Below the pieces are notes generated by a model that was not told the DNA's origin, did no database searches, and saw nothing but the letters and a program-made list of their open reading frames with translations. This document shows, in pieces, positions 6,995-13,384 of a DNA stretch of 13,384 bases. The position numbers and the translations under genes are program-made. This DNA is from Planctomycetota bacterium (GTDB lineage Bacteria; Planctomycetota; UBA8108; UBA1146). The stretch is from the NCBI GenBank assembly GCA_036338595.1, contig JAYZBV010000110.1, positions 1 to 13,384 of the forward strand, read 5' to 3'. Position 1 is the stretch's first letter, and every line of letters begins with the position of its first letter.

Positions 6995-9019
6995 TCAGGG
7001 GCAGCCACTACCGAGGCATTGGTAGGAATCCTGTGCATCGCCGCAGTCGGGGAAGGGTGCTTCAGGTGCTGCTGTGGCGCTGAACAGGTACCCGAGCAGA
7101 TGGACCGGATCAGCGATGTTCACCTGGTTGTCGTGATTGCTATCGATGGCTGCGATGCAGGAGCAGGGATCTCCGAAGAAGAGATGCGCGAGCAACTGGA
7201 TCGGATCGGCGATGTCGATGGCGAGATCGATGTTGACGTCCCCACGGATGAAGTTCAGATCACAATCGTCGGGCAGTCCATCTCCATCTTCGTCGGTATC
7301 AGAGCCCAGGAACAGTTCCATCAGATCGAGAACACCATCTTCGTCGCAGTCCAGCAGCGGCCCATCATATCGATCCAGCAACGCTTCCAGATCAACAATG
7401 TCGATGGAGGAATCTCCATTCATGTCGAAGATCTCGAAGCCAGATTGGAAGCCTGCATCTACGGCGAGAACGAATTGTAAATAGTCGTCGAAGTCGACGT
7501 CTCCGTCCCTGTCTCCATCGCCAAGTAGATCGGGGTGGAAGAGATTCCATGTCTCGTTTGCGGGAAGATCGGTGAGGGTTCGCGTTGCTCCTCCTGGAAA
7601 AAATACGGTAAGCTCTGCCACGGTTTCTGCATCTGCAAGACCATGGTGAAGGATCCCCTCTCCCTCGGACTTGTAGTATTGCCCCGCACCACGCTGGACG
7701 GCCCAGATGAGTGCTCCCGTGTCATCAAACATCTCGACGCGTGAACCGATCGCAAAGTGGTTGGGGGCAGGTGCCACCGGGTCAAGACGAATGAAGTTAC
7801 CGTTTCCCTCATCGGGATGAATGAAGAGATGAAAATTACCCAGGTGGTCCCCTGTGAAGAGGTCAATGTCTCCATCCAGGTCAACATCTGCCTGCACACA
7901 ACAATAACTGTAACCAGGACTATCGAGGCCCAGCGAAGGTGCGTTGTCTATCCAGGGAGGCGGCCCGTCCTGAACAAAAAGTCGGTTCGGAAAACCGCTA
8001 TCTAGAACCAACAGATCGAGATCTCCGTCGAGTTGGTGATCGAAGAACAAGGCACCCCAACTCACAATTCCGAATCCGACTCCATAAGTGGATGTCACAT
8101 CACTGAAGCCGAAATTCCCGTCATTTTGCAGCAAAGGATGAGGCAGTTGGTAATTCGTGCAGTAGATATCCATCTTTCCGTCGAGATTGATGTCTCCTGC
8201 ACAGATTCCCATCGAATCGATGATTACTCCGGAACCCAGATCACTCCGTTCGATGAAAAAGCCTCCCTGATTTTCAAGCATCCGGTTGGGGTAGCCAGCG
8301 GTGTAGCCCTTGTCATTGGAGATGTATATATCGAGATCTCCGTCTAGATCAAAGTCCTGCAGCATCCCCTGCATGCCTGGTTCTTCCAGAGAAAGCGCTT
8401 CGATTTCTGAAGAAGGGAGGAAGTTACCTTGACCATCGTTGAAGAAGAGGTGGTCGCAAGATAACGATGAACCGGTGCTTCCTGTGACGATCAGAAGATC
8501 AACCCAGCCATCGCCATTGAGATCTCCGAAAGCACCGCCCACGCTTTTGCCGTAAAAGTCGAGCCCTGCTTGTAGGGAGATATCAGTGAACTGGAAGTCG
8601 CCATCGTTTCTCAGAAGGCGGTCGTTGTCAGTCCAGGACATGATCAGGATGTCTAGATCTCCGTCGCCATCCGGGTCTCCAGCGGCGATAGCTCCGGCAT
8701 TGGCTATGAAGGGGGGATTTACCACATCGGTTCGATTGGTGAAGTAACCGTTGCCATCGTTTTCCAGAAATTGCACGAGATCGGCCACTCCGGTCAAAAC
8801 CAGGTCGACATCTCCATCCTGATCGAGATCGACTGCGGCGAAGCCCTGGCCATTACCGGGAGATGCATTCAAAAACTGGAAATCCAGGCCTCGAACCACC
8901 GCTTCGTCGACATAGGTGTCCGGTGGAGTTTGGCCGCAGATACATACAGAGAAGAAGGTTCCGAGTAGCGCGATGCAAAGAAGAGCGGGGGTGGTGGCCC
9001 GTCCTCTGATCTGTTGCAT
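6995..9019 (-). CDS. Secreted CRTAC1-like FG-GAP repeat / ASPIC-UnbV protein with C-terminal dockerin-like modules, 674 aa
   Basis: ATG 9019 with GAGGAG SD at 9032-9027; hydrophobic signal peptide; seven DxDxDGxxD-type FG-GAP loops (DLDQDGDVDL, DPDGDGDLDI, DLNGDGWVDL, DFDLDGDLDI, DINLDGKMDI, DHQLDGDLDL, DVDLDGDIDL); ASPIC/UnbV segment AIGSRVEM...GQYYKSEGEGILHHGL...LTVFFPGG; then GDGDRDGDVDFDD/DMNGDSSIDIVD and FIRGDVNIDLAIDIADPI/DSNHDNQVNIADPV...PEAPFPDCG. Confidence 0.88.
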   Translation of the reverse strand: MQQIRGRATTPALLCIALLGTFFSVCICGQTPPDTYVDEAVVRGLDFQFLNASPGNGQGFAAVDLDQDGDVDLVLTGVADLVQFLENDGNGYFTNRTDVVNPPFIANAGAIAAGDPDGDGDLDILIMSWTDNDRLLRNDGDFQFTDISLQAGLDFYGKSVGGAFGDLNGDGWVDLLIVTGSTGSSLSCDHLFFNDGQGNFLPSSEIEALSLEEPGMQGMLQDFDLDGDLDIYISNDKGYTAGYPNRMLENQGGFFIERSDLGSGVIIDSMGICAGDINLDGKMDIYCTNYQLPHPLLQNDGNFGFSDVTSTYGVGFGIVSWGALFFDHQLDGDLDLLVLDSGFPNRLFVQDGPPPWIDNAPSLGLDSPGYSYCCVQADVDLDGDIDLFTGDHLGNFHLFIHPDEGNGNFIRLDPVAPAPNHFAIGSRVEMFDDTGALIWAVQRGAGQYYKSEGEGILHHGLADAETVAELTVFFPGGATRTLTDLPANETWNLFHPDLLGDGDRDGDVDFDDYLQFVLAVDAGFQSGFEIFDMNGDSSIDIVDLEALLDRYDGPLLDCDEDGVLDLMELFLGSDTDEDGDGLPDDCDLNFIRGDVNIDLAIDIADPIQLLAHLFFGDPCSCIAAIDSNHDNQVNIADPVHLLGYLFSATAAPEAPFPDCGDAQDSYQCLGSGCP

Positions 9020-9386
9020 TGGAATTCTCCTCAAGGCAATCGCAATCGTTCAATACAAGAGAGTGAGTACGGAAGCGCCCGATCCTCAATTGAACGAGAG
9101 ATGTGCGAATACGTCAATTGAATTCTGGATAGACACATCTGGTCAGAATGTTCAGGGAGCAAGTGCTTTATTGAGGTAAATTCCGGGCAATCCTGTTGAG
9201 GAAACTTCTGGGATTAGCCGTGTGCTATTGCTGCTGTTCTCGCCAGGGAAGTACTGGCGGACGGCTGGAGCGGCGATTGCACAGTAACAACTCCCTGGCA
9301 GCGTACTGACACTGGTTCATGGGCTCTGCTACCATTTCGTAGGATTTGTACTCCACTGTCACTTCAGTGCTGCATTGGAAGGTGAG

Positions 9387-12300
9387 ATGATCCGAGTGAT
9401 GCCCACCCAATCATTCTTTTCCACTCCATTATTGTTGCTCTCGTGCCTGCTGTTGATGGTGACGATTTCGGCGGTTGCCGAGGATCATGTCAAACCTGAA
9501 CAAGAGGCAGACAAGATCAGTTACTACCGAGAGATTCGCCCCATCTTCCAGGCCAACTGTCATGGCTGTCACCAACCGGCCAAGTCCAAGGGCAAGTTTG
9601 TGATGACCAAGTTCGATCGGCTTCTCGCCGGTGGTGGCGAGGAAGCGGCGATCGTTCCGCAGCACCCGGACCAGAGTTTGTTGATAGAAATGATCACAAC
9701 GATCGATGGTGAAGCAGAGATGCCGAACAAGGGGGATCCGCTGAAGCCGGCGCAGATCGAGTTGATACGCCGATGGATCAGCGAGGGTGCGGAGGATGAT
9801 ACGCCGAGCAACGCGGTCCAGAAGTACGATCAGAGCCATCCGCCCGTCTATCAGTCTCCACCGGTGGTGACCGCACTCGACTACTCTCCCGATGGGCTTG
9901 TTCTGGCGGTTTCTGGCCATCACGAGGTACTGATCCACGAACTCGGCACTTCGACCATTTCCGAGCGATTGGTGGGGCTGTCTGAACGGATCGAGTCGGT
10001 CAGATTCTCTCCCGATGGCAAGAAACTCGCCGTGACCGGAGGATTACCTGCGCGTATGGGTGAGGTCCAGGTGTGGGATACCGACAGCTGGACACTGACA
10101 CTCTCGGTGCCGGTGACATTTGACACCGTTTATGGCGCCAGCTGGTCTCCCGACAGCAAGTTGATCGCCTTCGGTTGTGGTGACAACACCATTCGCGCCA
10201 TCGATGCCACGAGCGGTGAACAGGTACTCTTCAATGGAGCATCTTCCGACTGGACCCTGGATACCGTCTTCTCTCTCGATGGATCTCATATCATTTCCGT
10301 CGGTCGAGACATGACGGCAAAGTTGATCGAGGTTTCGACACAGCGGTTTGTCGACAACATCACTTCGATTACTCCGGCGATCTTCAAGGGAGGGCTTGCA
10401 GCCATCGATCGACATCCGGGCAAGGATGAAATTCTAGTCGGAGGCTCAAAAGGTACCCCACAGATCTATCGGATTCACAGGGAGGTGAAACGAGTCATCG
10501 GAGACAACTCGAATCTGCTCAGATCCTTCCCTCCGATGGTCGGGAGAATCTTCGGAATCGGATACAGCGGAGATGGGAAGCGAATCGCCGCATGCAGCAG
10601 CCTGGATGGTCGTGGACACGTTTCGATCTTCAGCAGTGATTTCGACGGTACCTTGCCGGCGGGGATGAAGGGGATTCTCGCAAAGGTCTCCACCTCTCGG
10701 AATGCTGGTGAGCGCAAGAAGATAGAGGAGTTCCACTCAAAAGACATCGAGCAACTCGCCACCATCGATCTCGACACTCCGGCATATTCGCTTTGCTGGC
10801 ATCCACAACTGAACCAGCTGGCAGTAGGCAGTGCGGATGGAGTGATCCGGATCCTGGATGGAGAGAGCGGCACATTGCTCCGTGCGATGATGGCCGTTCC
10901 CATCTCTGGCGAGCAGAAAGATGACATCGTTGCCATCGTTGTGGATCCTCCTCGGGTCGAGATCACCGAGAAGTTTGGTTATCAGCAACTTCTCGTCACG
11001 GGAATCCAGGCGTCGGGGCATTCGATCGATCTGACTCATGCTGCCGAATATGAAAGTTTGCAGGATATCATCAGTGTGACCGGTGGAATGGTCAGGCCCA
11101 AGAAAGATGGTCAATCTCATCTGAGGATCGCGCACGAAGGTCAGGTCACCGAGATTCCAGTTGTTGTCTCTGGCCGAGAAGTTGCCTTCGATCCGAGTTT
11201 CATCCGTGACGTCAATCCCGTCATCGCCAAGGCAGGGTGTAATGGCGGCTCCTGCCATGGATCAAAGGATGGCAAGAATGGTTTCAAGCTATCCTTGCGA
11301 GGCTATGACCCGATCCTCGATGTGAGAGCCTTCTCCGATGACCACGCCGGAAGAAGAGTCAATTTCGCCGATGCGGATGACTCACTGATGCTCCTGAAAG
11401 CCACAGGTGCGGTACCGCATGAAGGGGGTCAGCGATTCACGCTCGAATCGGAGTATTACCAGATCATCCACGACTGGATCGCCGCAGGTTGCAAGCTGGA
11501 CCATCAAGGTGCAGCAGTGAGTCGAATAGAACTGTTCCCGAAGAATCCGACGGTTCAGAAGATCGGGAATCAGCAGCAACTGCGTGTCACTGCCTTCTAT
11601 GACGATGGATCCACTCGAGATGTCACTGCAGAGGCGTTTGTCACCAGCGGCGATACCGAGATTGTCACATGCGATGATCAGGCACTCGTCTCGACCCTCA
11701 GAAGGGGAGAGGCGCCGCTGCTTGCGCGATATGAAGGTGCCTATGCGGCAACAACGATGACGGTGATGGGAGATCGTTCAGATTTCCGCTGGGAAGAACC
11801 CGAGATTTTCCATCCCCTCGACGGCCTGGTCGCAGATAAGTGGAAACGGATGAAGATTCAGGCATCTGACATCTGTACCGATGCAGAATTCCTTCGCAGG
11901 GTCTCGCTAGATCTGATCGGTTTGCCTCCAACGGTGGAGCAACTGATGGCGTTCCTGGAAGATGAAAGAGATAGCCGTACCAAGCGAGATGCGAAGATCG
12001 ACGAGCTGGTCGGATCCGAGGGCTATGTGGTGCACTGGGGCAATCGCTGGGCTGACCTGTTGCAGGTCAACGGCAAGTTTCTCGGCAAGGATGGAGCCTC
12101 CGCTTTCAGGCAGTGGATACATGATCAGGTCGAGAAGAATACGCCATACGATGAATTTGTTCATCAGATCCTGACGGCCAGCGGTTCCAACAAGGAAAAT
12201 CCACCTGCTTCCTACTACAAGATCCTGCGTACTCCTGCGGAGACGATGGAAAACACGACTCAGTTGTTTCTTGCCACCAGATTCAATTGTAACAAGTGCC

Positions 12301-13384
12301 ACGACCATCCATTTGAGCGCTGGACCCAGGACCAGTATTACGAACTAGCAGCGTTCTTCGCCCGTGTGGACCTGAAAGCAGATCCAGCAGCGGGAGACAT
12401 GAAGATCGGTGGCACCGCTGTCGAGGGGAGTAAACCGCTCTACGAGATCATCTCCGACAAGGAGAGCGGAGAAGTCGTGCATGACCGCACGCAACAGGAA
12501 ACGCCACCATCTTTTCCTTATGCTGCCAAATACGAGGTGCCAGAAGGAGCGAGCCGGCGAGAGCAACTGGCCGCCTGGATGATATCGCCCGACAACCGGT
12601 ACTTTGCCCGTAGTTATGTCAATCGTATCTGGGGATACCTGACGGGGGTGGGGCTCATCGATCCGCTCGATGATATTCGTGCCGGAAACCCGCCGACCAA
12701 TCCAGAACTGCTCGAGTTCCTGACCCGCGATTTCATCGAGGGCGATTTTGATGCCAGGAAGTTGATTGCGCAGATCTGCAAGTCGAGAACTTACCAGCTC
12801 TCCATCGTCTCGAACGAATGGAACCAGGAAGATCGAATCAACTATTCCCACGCTGCACCTCGCAGACTGCCGGCAGAGGTTCTGTACGATTCGATTCAAC
12901 AGGCGCTTGGTTCCACGGCCAGGATTCCAGGAGTGCCGGAAGGAACCCGCGCAGCAGCGCTGCCGGATGTCGGAATTCAACTGAAAGATGGCTTCCTGAC
13001 AACACTGGGGCGATCTGCCAGGGAGAGTGCCTGCGAATGCGAGAGATCAGATGCGCTCGGCCTCGATAGTGTCATGGCGCTGGTGACAGGGCCGACCGTC
13101 GATCAATCCATCAGTGATGCTGGAAATGCCATCACGAAGATGGTCGATACGCAACCAGACGATGGGAAACTGATCGAGGAGTTGTATCTGCGGATTCTGA
13201 ATCGACCGGCGACAAGAACTGAAGTCGATACCCTGCTTCCGATGTTTGGGATCATCGAGGGCGATCATCTGGCATTGAAACAGGAATTCGAATTGTTTCA
13301 GGATGAAGCCAAGCAAATCGTTGACCAGCTGGAACAGGTGCGCCAGGTAGACATCGACGATGCCCGGGGAGAAGTGGTTGCCTA
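9387..13384 (+). CDS. Large secreted planctomycete multi-domain cytochrome c: PSCyt1 + WD40 propeller + Ig-like + DUF1549 (PSCyt2) + DUF1553 (PSD1); partial, >1330 aa, runs off right edge
   Basis: Not in ORF track (no stop in window). Manual translation: signal peptide MIRVMPTQSFFSTPLLLLSCLLLMVTISAVA; ISYYREIRPIFQANCHGCH (9558-9572)...EMP...LIRRWISEGA; WD40-type repeats (LDYSPDG, VRFSPDGKKLAV, ASWSPDSKLIAF); PSFIRDVNPVIAKAGCNGGSCHG (11238-11258); FNCNKCHDHPFERWTQDQYY (12288-12302); DNRYFARSYVNRIWGYLTGVGLIDPLDD...NPPTNPELL; RESACECER. Same reading frame at both ends. ATG 9399 is an alternative start. Confidence 0.92.
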   Translation, partial: MIRVMPTQSFFSTPLLLLSCLLLMVTISAVAEDHVKPEQEADKISYYREIRPIFQANCHGCHQPAKSKGKFVMTKFDRLLAGGGEEAAIVPQHPDQSLLIEMITTIDGEAEMPNKGDPLKPAQIELIRRWISEGAEDDTPSNAVQKYDQSHPPVYQSPPVVTALDYSPDGLVLAVSGHHEVLIHELGTSTISERLVGLSERIESVRFSPDGKKLAVTGGLPARMGEVQVWDTDSWTLTLSVPVTFDTVYGASWSPDSKLIAFGCGDNTIRAIDATSGEQVLFNGASSDWTLDTVFSLDGSHIISVGRDMTAKLIEVSTQRFVDNITSITPAIFKGGLAAIDRHPGKDEILVGGSKGTPQIYRIHREVKRVIGDNSNLLRSFPPMVGRIFGIGYSGDGKRIAACSSLDGRGHVSIFSSDFDGTLPAGMKGILAKVSTSRNAGERKKIEEFHSKDIEQLATIDLDTPAYSLCWHPQLNQLAVGSADGVIRILDGESGTLLRAMMAVPISGEQKDDIVAIVVDPPRVEITEKFGYQQLLVTGIQASGHSIDLTHAAEYESLQDIISVTGGMVRPKKDGQSHLRIAHEGQVTEIPVVVSGREVAFDPSFIRDVNPVIAKAGCNGGSCHGSKDGKNGFKLSLRGYDPILDVRAFSDDHAGRRVNFADADDSLMLLKATGAVPHEGGQRFTLESEYYQIIHDWIAAGCKLDHQGAAVSRIELFPKNPTVQKIGNQQQLRVTAFYDDGSTRDVTAEAFVTSGDTEIVTCDDQALVSTLRRGEAPLLARYEGAYAATTMTVMGDRSDFRWEEPEIFHPLDGLVADKWKRMKIQASDICTDAEFLRRVSLDLIGLPPTVEQLMAFLEDERDSRTKRDAKIDELVGSEGYVVHWGNRWADLLQVNGKFLGKDGASAFRQWIHDQVEKNTPYDEFVHQILTASGSNKENPPASYYKILRTPAETMENTTQLFLATRFNCNKCHDHPFERWTQDQYYELAAFFARVDLKADPAAGDMKIGGTAVEGSKPLYEIISDKESGEVVHDRTQQETPPSFPYAAKYEVPEGASRREQLAAWMISPDNRYFARSYVNRIWGYLTGVGLIDPLDDIRAGNPPTNPELLEFLTRDFIEGDFDARKLIAQICKSRTYQLSIVSNEWNQEDRINYSHAAPRRLPAEVLYDSIQQALGSTARIPGVPEGTRAAALPDVGIQLKDGFLTTLGRSARESACECERSDALGLDSVMALVTGPTVDQSISDAGNAITKMVDTQPDDGKLIEELYLRILNRPATRTEVDTLLPMFGIIEGDHLALKQEFELFQDEAKQIVDQLEQVRQVDIDDARGEVVA

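Noticed and set aside
9351..9386. CCACTG...GGAAGG resembling part of a cobalamin riboswitch
   Set aside because: The upstream GCCCCCGCAACTGT-like element and downstream B12 box are missing; GGAAGG is explained as the SD of the cytochrome gene.
8916..9410. Small ORFs in or near the intergenic region (8916-9179 +, 9225-9410 -)
   Set aside because: Overlap real gene starts, lack an SD and have no recognisable protein features.
9429..13316. Numerous short minus-strand and off-frame ORFs in the ORF track
   Set aside because: All overlap the single long + strand cytochrome/DUF1549/DUF1553 gene and show no motifs.
1..13384. Very frequent ATCGAT/GATCGA/TCGA words suggesting a HIP1-like repeat
   Set aside because: Mostly explained by preferred codon pairs (ATC-GAT, ATC-GAG, CTC-GAT); over-representation cannot be shown without a genome-wide codon-controlled count.

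Overview
GC-rich bacterial chromosomal window, most likely from a Planctomycetota member (Tat-exported Gfo/Idh/MocA and TIM-barrel enzymes, dockerin-tipped FG-GAP/ASPIC protein, giant PSCyt1-WD40-DUF1549/DUF1553 protein). Left: a tightly packed minus-strand operon encoding an enolase-superfamily enzyme resembling cis-3-hydroxy-L-proline dehydratase, an atypical SDR lacking YxxxK, a 2-aminomuconate-6-semialdehyde dehydrogenase, a RidA-family 2-aminomuconate deaminase-like protein, and a membrane-anchored carboxypeptidase-regulatory-like domain protein running off the left edge. The divergent intergenic region carries an operator-like palindrome and a 3 x 23-bp tandem repeat. Middle: two plus-strand Tat-signal enzymes and a convergent, lower-GC secreted CRTAC1/ASPIC-UnbV protein with two dockerin-like modules. 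Right: a 367-bp intergenic region with possible alternative RNA hairpins, then a >1330-aa multi-domain planctomycete cytochrome c gene (not in the ORF track because it has no stop in the window). No rRNA, tRNA, CRISPR or mobile element was seen. The best novelty candidate is the operon that combines lower kynurenine-pathway genes with an orphan atypical SDR and a hydroxyproline-type dehydratase. All family assignments come from motif recognition, not database searches.
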